Origin: Armatimonadota bacterium
Lineage (GTDB): Bacteria > Sysuimicrobiota > Sysuimicrobiia > Sysuimicrobiales > Humicultoraceae
NCBI GenBank assembly: GCA_037446215.1
Contig: JBBIJB010000017.1
Location: 1 to 36,519 of the forward strand
Length of the DNA stretch: 36,519 bases
Direction: 5' to 3'
The notes beneath the pieces were generated by a model. The model had not been told where the DNA came from. It saw only the letters and a program-made list of their open reading frames with translations, and searched no databases. The position numbers were made by a program, and so were the translations under genes. This document shows positions 1 to 9,397 of this stretch, in pieces. Within the stretch, counting starts at the first letter, position 1, and each line of letters begins with the position of its first letter.

Positions 1-249
1 CGTCGTGCGGCTCTCGATGAACTGCGCGTGGCCGCCGAGCTGCGCCATGCCGGCCTCGAACGAGGCGCGCGTGCGCGTGCTCGAGAAGAAGAATAGCATC
101 GCCAGCACCTTGTCGCGAAGGTAGGCGTGCTCCAGCCCGAGCGCGCGCTTCCGCTTCAGGTCGAACGCCACGTCCAGAAGCGTGTCTATCTCTTCCTTGG
201 TCCACTCCTGCAGGGTGACCAGATCCTTCCCGCGCAGGTGAGTCTGCAT
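1..249 (-). CDS. Ornithine carbamoyltransferase-family protein, 5' part only (runs off the window edge; absent from the ORF track)
   Basis: Manual translation from the ATG at 249 gives MQTHLRGKDLVTLQEWTKEEIDTLLDVAFDLKRKRALGLEHAYLRDKVLAMLFFFSSTRTRASFEAGMAQLGGHAQFIESRTT. It contains the carbamoyl-phosphate-binding STRTR-x-SFE motif, and an AGGAGG Shine-Dalgarno lies just upstream. Confidence 0.9.
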   Translation of the reverse strand, partial: MQTHLRGKDLVTLQEWTKEEIDTLLDVAFDLKRKRALGLEHAYLRDKVLAMLFFFSSTRTRASFEAGMAQLGGHAQFIESRTT

Positions 250-294
250 GGTGCTACCTCCTCGTTGTGCTCATCCGGCCCTTCCCGGGGCGAC

Positions 295-1248
295 CTACTC
301 GGCGGCTCCCAGGATCAGCGCCAGCAGCGCCATCCGCACCACGACCCCGTTGAACGCCTCGGGCCAGTACCTGGCGTGCCGGGTGGGGTCGACGTCGGTC
401 GTCAGCTCGTCCATCCGTGGCAGCGAGTGCAGCACGATCGCGCTTCCCTTGCCCCGCTCCGCCAGCAGCTTGCGGGTCACCTTGTAGGCGGCCGGGGTGA
501 GCCCGACGTCGCCCGAGCGCTCGTCGCGCGACTTGGTGTAGTCCGGCTGGACCACCGGCTCCATGTAGATCACGTCGGCCTGGCCGATGACCTCCTCGAT
601 CGAGGCGACCTCCTTGTACTTGACGCTGCGCTCGTCCAGCTCGGCCTTGAACTCGGCGGTCAGCGACATCTCCGGGGGCGAGATCACGAACGCCTCGTTG
701 TCGAACTGGGACATCGCGTAGAGGATGGAGTGCATCGTCCGCATCCGCATGTCGCCCACGCAGGCGATCTTGAGGCCGTCTATCGTGCCGAGCTCCTTGT
801 AGATCGTGTAGAGGTCGATCAGCACCTGGGTGGGGTGCTCGCCCCAGCCGTCGCCGCAGTTGATGACCGGGACCGAGGCCCACTTGGCGGCCTCGTGGGG
901 CGCGCCCTGCTGGAAGTGGCGCATCGCGATCACGTCGCCGTAGTACTCGAGCATGTGGACGGTGTCCTTGATCGACTCCTGGTAGAAGTCGCCGGCGCGC
1001 GTCATCTTGGCGTCGGAGAAGCCGAGCACGCTGCCGCCCAGCCTTATCATCGCGGCCTCTGTGGCGAGGCGGGTGCGGGTGCTGGGCTGGTAGAACGCCG
1101 TCACCAGGGTCTTCTCCTTCAGCAGGTCCCCGTTGCGGCGGTCACGCGCGTAGTGCTTCAGGTCGTCTGCGACCTGGAAGACCCTGAAGAACTCGTTCCG
1201 CTCGAACTCCTTGAGCGAGAGGATGTCACGTCCCAGAAAGCTCCTCAT
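295..1248 (-). CDS. Aspartate/ornithine carbamoyltransferase-family protein (ATCase-like, substrate uncertain)
   Basis: 317 aa with FYQPSTRTR, ESIKDT, MRH, GDGWGEHPTQ, VGDMRMRTMHS and HSLPR motifs. GGAGG SD upstream. Confidence 0.9.
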   Translation of the reverse strand: MRSFLGRDILSLKEFERNEFFRVFQVADDLKHYARDRRNGDLLKEKTLVTAFYQPSTRTRLATEAAMIRLGGSVLGFSDAKMTRAGDFYQESIKDTVHMLEYYGDVIAMRHFQQGAPHEAAKWASVPVINCGDGWGEHPTQVLIDLYTIYKELGTIDGLKIACVGDMRMRTMHSILYAMSQFDNEAFVISPPEMSLTAEFKAELDERSVKYKEVASIEEVIGQADVIYMEPVVQPDYTKSRDERSGDVGLTPAAYKVTRKLLAERGKGSAIVLHSLPRMDELTTDVDPTRHARYWPEAFNGVVVRMALLALILGAAE

Positions 1249-1299
1249 CTATGCTCTACCTCCATGGTTGTCTCATTGCCTCTTGCGTGCCGTCAGCTC

Positions 1300-2748
1300 C
1301 TACCGCCTGATTCCCGTGAAGAGCACGACCACGTTCTCCCCGGGGGCCACGCCCCCCTGCCGGGCCAGCTCCACCAGCCCCGCGAACCCCGACGAGCCGG
1401 TGTGGTCCACGTCTATCCCCGTATCGGCCCGGGCCTGCTCGTTCGCCTCGACGAGCGTCTCCTCCGAGGCCAGGACCGGATAGCCGCCGGTGGTCACCAT
1501 CCCGCGCACCACCGCCACCCAGTCGTAGGTCTCGTCGTCTAGGATCCCGTGGGCGATGCTGCTCGGCTCCTCCTCCCACGGCCACATGAACTCGGAGCGG
1601 TGCGCCGCGGCGTAGTCGAGCACCTCCGCCACCGCCGGCGACGCCGCGTGCTCGAGCATGGCGTCGGCCGCCTCTCGGTAGCCGTCGCCCCGCGGCCGGA
1701 TCCCTTCTCCTGCGAGCCGCTCCAGAATCCGCGCCGCCACCAGGTCGTAGGCCCTCTTGAGGGGGAACCCGCCCCGGGTCTGCACGGCGTGGACGCGCGG
1801 CATGGCGCGAAGCGCGCCCAGCCGCACCGCGTCCTGCAGCCCCTGGATGCACGAGCTGGCCAGCGCCCCTCCGCCCACCTGAACGAACAGGCGGTCCATC
1901 CGGCATCCCGATGCCCGCATCTGCGCCGCGATCTCGTAGCCGAGCGTCAGCCCGCCTTCGATCGTCAGGCCGTTCTCGTTGCCCTGGCAGGTGAAGGGGA
2001 GGGCGCCCGCGGCCAGTGCCTGGCGCAGCCGGTGGTAGGTGGGGTCTCCGGGGACGCCCTCCCGGCGGGGACAGACGTTGAGCCGCGCCCCCAGCCGCCT
2101 CAGCCGCTCGACCACCCCGGGGTCGGCGGAGGTGGGGATGAATACGTCGAGGGTGCGGCCGCCCGCGCGCGCCACAACCGCGGCGGCCAGCGCGGCGTTG
2201 CCGCAGCTGGCGATCGCCAGGTCGCGGCTCCTCTCATCCTCGCCGACCAGGCCGCTCTGCTCGGCCACCTCGATCTGAAGGAGCAGCCCCATCAGGTGGC
2301 GGGCCTTGTGCGACCCCGAGACGTTGCCGGTCTCGTCCTTGATCCACACGCCCCCCTCGGCCGCGAAGCCGAGGCGCGAGCCCAGGGCATCGCTGCGGGA
2401 GAGCGGGGTGATCGAGAAACCCTTACCGTCGACACCCGCTACCGCGCGGTCGAGTTGCTCTACGAGCCCGACGTACTCCTCGTCGGAGAGGCCGTGGGAG
2501 CGGGCCTGATGGTAGGAGTAGAAGAGCCGGCGGAAGGCGAGGAATGGGTTCCGGCCCTCACTGGGGGGTTCCTCAGGGAAGCGAAGCAGCGAGGGGTCGA
2601 CCACCCTCGTCATCACGTGGTCGGCTCCGTCGCCGCTACTGGCGTTCGGGCACCTGTAGGGATAGGGCTCGTCCGATGGGGCGCGGTGGCCGCATCCCGA
2701 GCAGACCAGCGCCACCGGGGCTCCGCCCAGGCGGGTCGCCGTGCTCAC
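1300..2748 (-). CDS. Fold-type II PLP-dependent enzyme, threonine synthase-like (482 aa)
   Basis: The start is probably the GTG at 2748, overlapping the upstream stop as GTGA. Motifs: N-terminal CSGC...[17 protein letters not shown] (PLP lysine), [16 protein letters not shown] and C-terminal VVLFTG. The upstream 500 aa of the 982-aa track ORF are shadow of the neighbouring gene. Confidence 0.85.
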   Translation of the reverse strand: MSTATRLGGAPVALVCSGCGHRAPSDEPYPYRCPNASSGDGADHVMTRVVDPSLLRFPEEPPSEGRNPFLAFRRLFYSYHQARSHGLSDEEYVGLVEQLDRAVAGVDGKGFSITPLSRSDALGSRLGFAAEGGVWIKDETGNVSGSHKARHLMGLLLQIEVAEQSGLVGEDERSRDLAIASCGNAALAAAVVARAGGRTLDVFIPTSADPGVVERLRRLGARLNVCPRREGVPGDPTYHRLRQALAAGALPFTCQGNENGLTIEGGLTLGYEIAAQMRASGCRMDRLFVQVGGGALASSCIQGLQDAVRLGALRAMPRVHAVQTRGGFPLKRAYDLVAARILERLAGEGIRPRGDGYREAADAMLEHAASPAVAEVLDYAAAHRSEFMWPWEEEPSSIAHGILDDETYDWVAVVRGMVTTGGYPVLASEETLVEANEQARADTGIDVDHTGSSGFAGLVELARQGGVAPGENVVVLFTGIRR

Positions 2749-4244
2749 AGCCCGGCCAGGACCCCGGTCCTGGAGTTGAACTCCTCGATCATCCGGTCCC
2801 AGGCGGGCAGGACCTCCCGCATCCCCTTCCAGAAAGCCTGCGGCCGCCGCGCCACGAACTCCTCGACCGAGACTCCCTGCTGCTCGACCCAGGTGAAGTA
2901 GCCGAGGTTGAAGACACGCTCGCGGTCGCGCAGCGTCATCTCGACCAGGCTGTCTGTGGAGGCGCCGAGCAGGTACTGCCCGAAGGTCTCGCCCGCGGCC
3001 ACCGCGTCGAAGCCGCCCGGGAAGCACCGCGCGAGCGCCTTCTCGCGCTCCGTCCCGTACATCTCTGCGCTGTCGGTGGCGACGGTCACGATGACGTCCT
3101 CGCGGCCCATCCCGTAGTACTTGGCGGTCTTTATCGCGGCCAGGACGTTGCAGATCGACGAGAAGCCCAGCGACGACAGCCCCTCTATGGTCTCCTGGGG
3201 CACGCCTCTGCGCTCGCGCAGGTAGGCCCGCCCGGCGTCGGTGTTCAGCAGCACGTCCAGCCGGTCGGTGGCGTGGTCGGAGATCGCGACGGCCACGTCG
3301 GTGTTCATCACGTTGTGGATCAGGGGGATGTGCTTGTCCCCTATCCCCTGGATGTTGTGCTCGCCGAAGCCGTTGTAGAGCATCGTGGGGCACTCCAGGG
3401 CCTCCACCGCCACGACCAGCGCGCCGAAGGAGTCCTTGAGGTAGTCGCCGGCGCCCAGGGTCCCGGCGGAGCCGGAGGCCGAGACGAAGGCGCGCAGCCG
3501 CAGCCCGGGCTCGCCCTCTGCCATCCCCTCGAACACCCTTCCCAGGGCCGCCCCAGTGCAGGCGTAGTGGACGAGGTGGTTGCCGAACTCCGAGAACTGG
3601 TTGAAGATGATGCTGTCGGGATCGCGCGACAGCTCGGCGCACTTGTCGTAGATCTCCTTGACGTTGCTCTCCGAGCCGGGCGTACGGATGATGTCCGCGG
3701 GGTCGGCGACCCAGCGATCGAGCCAGGCGAACCGCTCCCTGCTCATCCCCGCCGGCAGCACCGCCACGCCGCGGCAGCCCATGATCCGTGAGATTGCCAC
3801 GCCCCCGCGCGCGTAGTTGCCGGTCGACGGCCACACCGCCCGGTGTCTGGTTGGGTCGAACTGGCCGGTGATGATCCGTGGGGCGAGGCAGCCGTAGGCG
3901 GCCAAGACCTTGTGGGCGCGGATCATCGGGAACCGATCCCCCAGCGCAACCACTATGCGCGCCTCGGTGCCGGTCAGCGAGGACGGCAGCACCAGGTGCT
4001 GCGGAACCTCCACGCGCGACCGCCGGTCCGCGCCGTTGTACCAGTGGACGCGGAACAGGTTCAGCGGGTGGGGGGCGTCCGGATCCACCGATCCGAGCAG
4101 CGTGTTGACCTTCTCCGGGATTCCATTCGGATCGGAGAGCTGCGCGAAGGTCGGGAGCACTATCTTCTGCTCCCGGAAGCGCCCGACAGTGCGATCGTAG
4201 CTGGTCGCGTCTACGAGCTTCCGCTCGAGTCCAAGTCGTTCCAT
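2745..4244 (-). CDS. Fold-type II PLP-dependent enzyme, cysteine synthase/tryptophan synthase beta-like (about 499 aa)
   Basis: Motifs [10 protein letters not shown] (PLP lysine), [26 protein letters not shown] and HNIQGIGD. The ATG at 4244 has GGAGGT 6 nt upstream. Confidence 0.85.
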   Translation of the reverse strand: MERLGLERKLVDATSYDRTVGRFREQKIVLPTFAQLSDPNGIPEKVNTLLGSVDPDAPHPLNLFRVHWYNGADRRSRVEVPQHLVLPSSLTGTEARIVVALGDRFPMIRAHKVLAAYGCLAPRIITGQFDPTRHRAVWPSTGNYARGGVAISRIMGCRGVAVLPAGMSRERFAWLDRWVADPADIIRTPGSESNVKEIYDKCAELSRDPDSIIFNQFSEFGNHLVHYACTGAALGRVFEGMAEGEPGLRLRAFVSASGSAGTLGAGDYLKDSFGALVVAVEALECPTMLYNGFGEHNIQGIGDKHIPLIHNVMNTDVAVAISDHATDRLDVLLNTDAGRAYLRERRGVPQETIEGLSSLGFSSICNVLAAIKTAKYYGMGREDVIVTVATDSAEMYGTEREKALARCFPGGFDAVAAGETFGQYLLGASTDSLVEMTLRDRERVFNLGYFTWVEQQGVSVEEFVARRPQAFWKGMREVLPAWDRMIEEFNSRTGVLAGL

Positions 4245-4379
4245 CCACACACCTCCAGATTAGCCGGCACGAGCCCGGGTGGAGCCCCGGGGCAGGCGCG
4301 CCGCGGGCCGGCGCTCGCGCCGGCCGCCCGGTGTTCCGCAGGATATGGCATCGCTCTCGAAGGGATCCTATTCCGGTTG

Positions 4380-4388
4380 AGTATAGCA
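4380..4388 (-). promoter_or_regulatory. Putative extended -10 promoter (TGnTATACT) for the PLP/carbamoyltransferase genes
   Basis: The minus strand reads TGCTATACT in an AT-richer patch of the 164-nt gap between the LLM gene and the PLP gene. Confidence 0.5.
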
Positions 4389-4408
4389 GAAACCCTGGCC
4401 GGTCTGCC

Positions 4409-5425
4409 TCAGAACCGCCCGTCGGCGAAGGCGTCTATCATCGCCCCGACGTCATCGCCCAGCGGATAGAGCACCGGACAGGTACAGCCGGACTCAACAT
4501 ATTCGCGGACCTTTGCGCGGCACTCGTCGGGCGTACCCGATGCCGAGATCATCTGGACGGCGTCGTCGGGCACCAGCCGCATCGCCCTGTGGATCTCCTC
4601 CGGCCCGGCAGGCCAGGTCAGGACCTTCCCTATCTCCTCTATGAGGCCGGGATCTATGCCGCTCGCCTTCATTATGTGCGGCTGCTGGCCCAGGTACTGC
4701 GTCAGCAGCTCGCGAGCCCGGTCGAGCGCGACCTCGCGGTTCTCGTCCAGGGAGCAGACCACGAGCTGGGGCCGGTCTATCTCGGAGGCATCGCGGCCGG
4801 CCCTCTTGGCGCCGGCGGCCAGCGCCTCCATCGCGGCCCTGTTGTACGCGGGGCCCACCATGTAGTTCAGCAGCACGCCGTCGGCGATCTCGCCGGCCAG
4901 CTCCATCATCTTCATGCCCGTGGCGCCGATGTATATCGGAACGTCCTTGGGCGAGCGATCGCCGTGGACGATGTCTATCTCGATGTCGCTGACGTGGACG
5001 AACTCGCCCTCGAAGGTGACGCGCTCCATGGCGAGGAGCCGGCGCGTCACATCCACTACCTCGCGCATCGCCGAGAGCGGCTTCTTCCTGTCTATCCCCA
5101 CCTTGGAGGCCAGCGGATCCCACCAGGCTCCGATGCCGAGCATGATCCTCCCGGGGGCGAGGTCGTCCAGCGTCGAGAAGGTGGCCGCCAGCAGGCCCAC
5201 GTTGCGCGTCCAGTTGTTTACGACGCCGGAGCCGACCTTGATGCGGTCCGTGACCGCGGCGTAGGCGGCCATCGGCACCGTGGCCTCACGGACGAGGCGG
5301 CTCTCGGCCTGCCAGACCGCCTCGAAGCCGCGCTCCTCCGCGTAGCGCACGTACCCCATCCCGTCGCGGATCGGGTGCTTGTCCTGCAGGTAGAGGGCCA
5401 CCCTGCCCTTGCTCGACTGCGGCAT
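4409..5425 (-). CDS. LLM-class (luciferase-like) oxidoreductase, Mer-like, possibly F420-dependent
   Basis: 338 aa from the ATG at 5425 with a [27 protein letters not shown] and [25 protein letters not shown] closely resemble methylene-H4MPT reductase (Mer)-type LLM motifs. Confidence 0.85.
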   Translation of the reverse strand: MPQSSKGRVALYLQDKHPIRDGMGYVRYAEERGFEAVWQAESRLVREATVPMAAYAAVTDRIKVGSGVVNNWTRNVGLLAATFSTLDDLAPGRIMLGIGAWWDPLASKVGIDRKKPLSAMREVVDVTRRLLAMERVTFEGEFVHVSDIEIDIVHGDRSPKDVPIYIGATGMKMMELAGEIADGVLLNYMVGPAYNRAAMEALAAGAKRAGRDASEIDRPQLVVCSLDENREVALDRARELLTQYLGQQPHIMKASGIDPGLIEEIGKVLTWPAGPEEIHRAMRLVPDDAVQMISASGTPDECRAKVREYVESGCTCPVLYPLGDDVGAMIDAFADGRF

Positions 5426-5427
5426 CT

Positions 5428-6756
5428 CTAAAGTCCCTCCATTGGGTCGAATCGGTGAGGGCCGATCTCGGCCAGCCGCTCCCAAAGATCGATGCTCACG
5501 CATGTCGCCTCGGCGCCTATCTGATCCTGGTCCATGGCGGCCATCCGGAAGCCGAGGAGCGACCACTCACCCGCCACCATCACGTCGCGCACGAGGAGGC
5601 TGTCCAGCCCGAACACCCAGTGGCCGGCCAGGTTCCCCGCGCTGACAGGGGTGGGCGAGGGGTACTCCAGCACGACCAGGTCGGCCGGCGCGCCCGGCGC
5701 GATCGTGCCGAGCAGGGGCTCGCCGAAGAGCCGTCCTGCCAGCCTGGCGTTGGCGGCCATCCTCTCCAGCGGCCAGGTGATGCCCACGGTGGGGTCGTCC
5801 TCCCTCAGGCGGAAGTAGGCGGTCCTGGACTCATCCATCATGTTGGCGCCTATGCCGTCGGTGCCGATCACCACCCGGTCCTTGATCCTGCGCACGGGCG
5901 CGCGCCCGATCGAGTTGTTCATGTTCGAGGTAGGGTTGTGGGCGACCGACGCGCCGCTGGCCTCGAGGATCTCCATCTCGATCTCGTCGAGGTGCACGCA
6001 GTGTATCAGCAGCGCCTCGGGGCCGAGCGCGCCCGCGTCCTGGAACCGCTGCAGGACGCGCTTCCCGTGGCGGGCCACGCAGTGGCGCTGGTCGAGGGCG
6101 TCCTCCGCGACGTGGACGTGTATTCCTGCGCCCGTTTCGCGTGCCAGATCGACGCAGGCGGCGAGCGTCTCCTGCGAGAGCGTGAACGAGGCGTGGGCGC
6201 CGACCATGCCCCGCGCCATCCGGTGTCGCGAGCGGAGGAACCGCCGGTTCTCAACCAGCCCGGCGCGGGCGCGCTCCGGGCCGTCGCGGTCGGTCACCTC
6301 GTAGCAGAGCACCGATCGCAGCCCGACCTCCTGGAGGGTCTCGGCGATCACGTCGAGCGATCCGTCGATCGCGTTGGGCGAGGCGTGGTGGTCTATGATC
6401 GTCGTCGTACCCGAGCGCAGCGCCCCCATCGCCGCCGCCATCGCCGATGACCTGATGCTGTCCTCGTCGAGCGCGCGGTCGAGCCGCCACCAGATCCGCT
6501 GCAGTATCTGGAGGAAGTTGGAGGGGGGCTCGAGGTCGTAGGGCGCGCCGCGAGCGAGCGCGGAGTAGACGTGGGTGTGGGCGCAGACGTTGCCGGGCAT
6601 TACCAGGCACCCGGAGCAGTCGCGCCGGTCCAGGCTGGGGGCCGCAGGCCCCAGCGACTCGATCCGGTCGCCCTTGACGGTGATGTCGGTCTCGACCACG
6701 GTCACGGGATCTATCGAGGTGACCACCCGGCCTCCGCACAGCGAGTAGGTACTCAC
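5428..6756 (-). CDS. ssnA: SsnA-type metal-dependent amidohydrolase
   Basis: About 442 aa from the GTG at 6756. Motifs [62 protein letters not shown] and GTDG are characteristic of the SsnA subfamily. Confidence 0.85.
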   Translation of the reverse strand: MSTYSLCGGRVVTSIDPVTVVETDITVKGDRIESLGPAAPSLDRRDCSGCLVMPGNVCAHTHVYSALARGAPYDLEPPSNFLQILQRIWWRLDRALDEDSIRSSAMAAAMGALRSGTTTIIDHHASPNAIDGSLDVIAETLQEVGLRSVLCYEVTDRDGPERARAGLVENRRFLRSRHRMARGMVGAHASFTLSQETLAACVDLARETGAGIHVHVAEDALDQRHCVARHGKRVLQRFQDAGALGPEALLIHCVHLDEIEMEILEASGASVAHNPTSNMNNSIGRAPVRRIKDRVVIGTDGIGANMMDESRTAYFRLREDDPTVGITWPLERMAANARLAGRLFGEPLLGTIAPGAPADLVVLEYPSPTPVSAGNLAGHWVFGLDSLLVRDVMVAGEWSLLGFRMAAMDQDQIGAEATCVSIDLWERLAEIGPHRFDPMEGL

Positions 6757-6763
6757 GGCAACA

Positions 6764-9397
6764 TCATCCCTCGCCTTCGGTGGACCGGCCGGGAGCGGCG
6801 CCCAGCCTGGGGTTGGCGAAGCGCGCCGCCGGGGAGTCACGCATGGGCAGCCGCGTACGGCCCACCCCGTCGAACGCGCGCAGGGCACCCGCGACCGCGG
6901 CCGCGGTTGGAACCATAGTTATCTCACCGACGCCCTTGGCGCCGTAGGGGCCCTCGGGCTGGTGCTCCTCGACGAATATGCACTCGACCGCGGGCATCCC
7001 CGAGGGCGGCACCATGTTCAGCGACTTGAGGGTCGTCGTGACCGGCATCCCTGCCTCGACAACGAACTCCTCGGAGAGCGCGTAGCCGAGCCCCATGTGC
7101 ACGCCGCCCTCGACCTGGCCCTCCAGCAGCGTGGGGTTGATCACCCTGCCGACGTCGTGCGCTGCGACGACCTTCTCTATCCGGCCCTCGCCGTCGAGGA
7201 CCACTACCTGGGTAGCCCACCCGTACGCGAAGTGGGTGACCGGGCTCTCCACGCCCTCGGCCCCGGGCTTGGTGGTCCAGTCCACGACGACCTCGCCGTA
7301 GAACTCCCGGCCAGCCAGGTCCTCGAGGGCGCGGCCGTCCAGGGCGGCGCGAAGCTTGCGGGCCGCCTCGATCACCGCCCGGCCGCCGAGTGCCGTGGCG
7401 CGGGAGGCGGTGGTCTGGCCGGTCTGCAGCTCCCGCTCGGTGTCCACCCTCACCCTGATCGCCTCCAGGGGGATGCCGAGCTCCTCGCAGGCGATCTGCG
7501 AAAGGGCGGTGTGGCACCCCTGCCCCATCTCGGTCCACGAGTGGAAGAGGGTCACGGTGCCGTCGCCCTCGGGCCTCAGGATCGCCCTGCCGTACTCTGT
7601 CAGCCCGTTGCCCACGCCGGTGTTCTTCACGCCGCACGAGATCCCGGCGAAACGCGCCGAGCGGTAGGCGTCCCGAACGGCCAGCAGCGTCCTCTTGACG
7701 CCGACGCCCGGTCCCAGCACCTGCCCGGTGCAGTAGACATCGCCTTCGGCGAGCGCGTTGCGCCATCGGATCTCCCAGCCGTCGATCCCGACCCTGTCGG
7801 CGAGGACGTCGAGCAGCCCTTCGATCGCGAACGTGACCTGGGGTACGCCGAACCCCCGCATGGCGCCGCACGGCGGGTTGTTCGTGTAGACCGCCTTCGC
7901 CTCGACATCCACGTTCGGCACCTTATAGGCGCCGCAGGCGTGGCCGGCCGCCCTCTCCAGGACCTTGTCCCCGACGCTGGCGTAGGCGCCGGTATCCCCG
8001 ACGATCCTGGCGCGTACCGCGGTCAGGCGGCCCTCCTCGTCGCAGCCGACCGTGTACTCCATGGTGAGTGGGTGGCGCTTGGGGTGGAACCTCATGCTCT
8101 CGGCCCTCGAGAGGGTGAGCAGCACCGGGCTTCCGGTCCGAAGGGCGAGCAACGCGGCGTGCCCCTGCACGCTCAGGTCCTCCTTGGCGCCGAAGGCGCC
8201 TCCTGTGGAAACCTGCGTGACCCGCACCTTCTCCTCGGACAGCGCCAGCAGCGAGGCCACCTGGCGGCGGTCGTCCCAGACGCCCTGCCCCTGCGAATAG
8301 AGGTGGATCCCGCCCTCGTCGATCGGGACCGCCAGGGCCGCCTCGGGCTCTAGGAAGGCGTGCTCTATCATCTGGGTCCGGTAGGTCTCGCCGGCGACGT
8401 GGGCCGAGGCGGCCAGCGCCGCGTCCACATCCCCCCGCTTGACCCTCGAGGTGGACAGGATGTTGCCGCGGTCGTGCAGCCTGGGGGCCTCCGGGGAGAG
8501 GGCCTGTTGGGGATCGGTTACCGGCTCCAGGATCTCGTACTCGATCTCGACGAGCTTGGCCGCCTCCCTGGCCGCGAAGCGGGTTGTCGCCGCGATCGCC
8601 GCCACGACGTCTCCCACGTACGCCGTGGTCTCACCCTCGGCCACGAACTGCCGCCAGTCCCTGGTGATCAACCCCTGCGTCCGCTCTCCCGGCACGTCCT
8701 TCCAGGTCACCACGGCCGCGACGCCCGGGTGGGCCTGTGCGCGGGAGGTGTCTATGCGCACGACCCGAGCGCGTGGGAAGTCCGAGGTGCGAAGCGCGCC
8801 GTGCAGCAGGCCCGGTCTCCTCATGTCCGCCACGAACGGCTTCGTGCCCAGGACCAGCTCGCCGCCCTGGTAGCGGGCGCTCCGGCTCCCGACCCGCCCG
8901 CCGCGCTCCATCTCGGGGAGGAGCCCGTCACGCCGCGCCCTCGCGGCCATCTCTATCGCGTCGGCGATCTTGACGTAGCCGGTGCAGCGGCAGAGGTTGC
9001 CGGCGAGCACGCGGGTGATCTCGTCCCTGGTCGGGGCGGGACTCCTCTCCAGCAGCGCCTCGGCCTTCATCACTATCCCTGGCGAGCAGAAGCCGCACTG
9101 GGCGGCCCCGGCGGCCAGGAAGCACTCGGCCCACTGCCGCAGGTGCTCCGGCGGGAGCCCCTCCTGGGTCTTCACGTGCTTGCCCGCGAACCTGGTGGCC
9201 GGCTGGGCGCAGGAGACGACCGCCCGGCCGTCGACCATCACGGTGCAGGCACCGCACGAGCCCTCAGGCGCGCACCCCTCCTTGACCGTCGTGATCCCGA
9301 GCCGCTCCCTCAAGAGCTCGAGCAGGCTCTCGCCCTCCCTCACCTCGACCGTGATGGGCGTGCCGTTGAGCACGAACTGCACCGTCAGTTGCTCCAC
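6764..9397 (-). CDS. Fused 2Fe-2S + molybdopterin-binding hydroxylase, resembling the selenium-dependent xanthine dehydrogenase family (about 877 aa)
   Basis: GTG start at 9397 with a GGAGGAGG SD. N-terminal GCAPEGSCGAC...C, QCGFC and NLCRCTGY 2Fe-2S motifs are followed by Mo-domain motifs EHAFLEPE, GGAFGAKED, HPKRHP, GAMRGFG, GQTTASR and PYGAKGVGE. Confidence 0.85.
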   Translation of the reverse strand: MEQLTVQFVLNGTPITVEVREGESLLELLRERLGITTVKEGCAPEGSCGACTVMVDGRAVVSCAQPATRFAGKHVKTQEGLPPEHLRQWAECFLAAGAAQCGFCSPGIVMKAEALLERSPAPTRDEITRVLAGNLCRCTGYVKIADAIEMAARARRDGLLPEMERGGRVGSRSARYQGGELVLGTKPFVADMRRPGLLHGALRTSDFPRARVVRIDTSRAQAHPGVAAVVTWKDVPGERTQGLITRDWRQFVAEGETTAYVGDVVAAIAATTRFAAREAAKLVEIEYEILEPVTDPQQALSPEAPRLHDRGNILSTSRVKRGDVDAALAASAHVAGETYRTQMIEHAFLEPEAALAVPIDEGGIHLYSQGQGVWDDRRQVASLLALSEEKVRVTQVSTGGAFGAKEDLSVQGHAALLALRTGSPVLLTLSRAESMRFHPKRHPLTMEYTVGCDEEGRLTAVRARIVGDTGAYASVGDKVLERAAGHACGAYKVPNVDVEAKAVYTNNPPCGAMRGFGVPQVTFAIEGLLDVLADRVGIDGWEIRWRNALAEGDVYCTGQVLGPGVGVKRTLLAVRDAYRSARFAGISCGVKNTGVGNGLTEYGRAILRPEGDGTVTLFHSWTEMGQGCHTALSQIACEELGIPLEAIRVRVDTERELQTGQTTASRATALGGRAVIEAARKLRAALDGRALEDLAGREFYGEVVVDWTTKPGAEGVESPVTHFAYGWATQVVVLDGEGRIEKVVAAHDVGRVINPTLLEGQVEGGVHMGLGYALSEEFVVEAGMPVTTTLKSLNMVPPSGMPAVECIFVEEHQPEGPYGAKGVGEITMVPTAAAVAGALRAFDGVGRTRLPMRDSPAARFANPRLGAAPGRSTEGEG

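Noticed and set aside
295..1248. Calling this gene pyrB or ygeW
   Set aside because: The aspartate-binding loop is altered and no pyr genes are adjacent. It is shorter than the knotted YgeW type, so it is left unnamed.
1300..4248. 982-aa ORF suggesting a giant PLP fusion protein
   Set aside because: The first 500 or so residues are Arg/Gly/Pro-rich off-frame shadow of the 2745-4244 gene. The real protein starts at GTG 2748 with a GTGA overlap.
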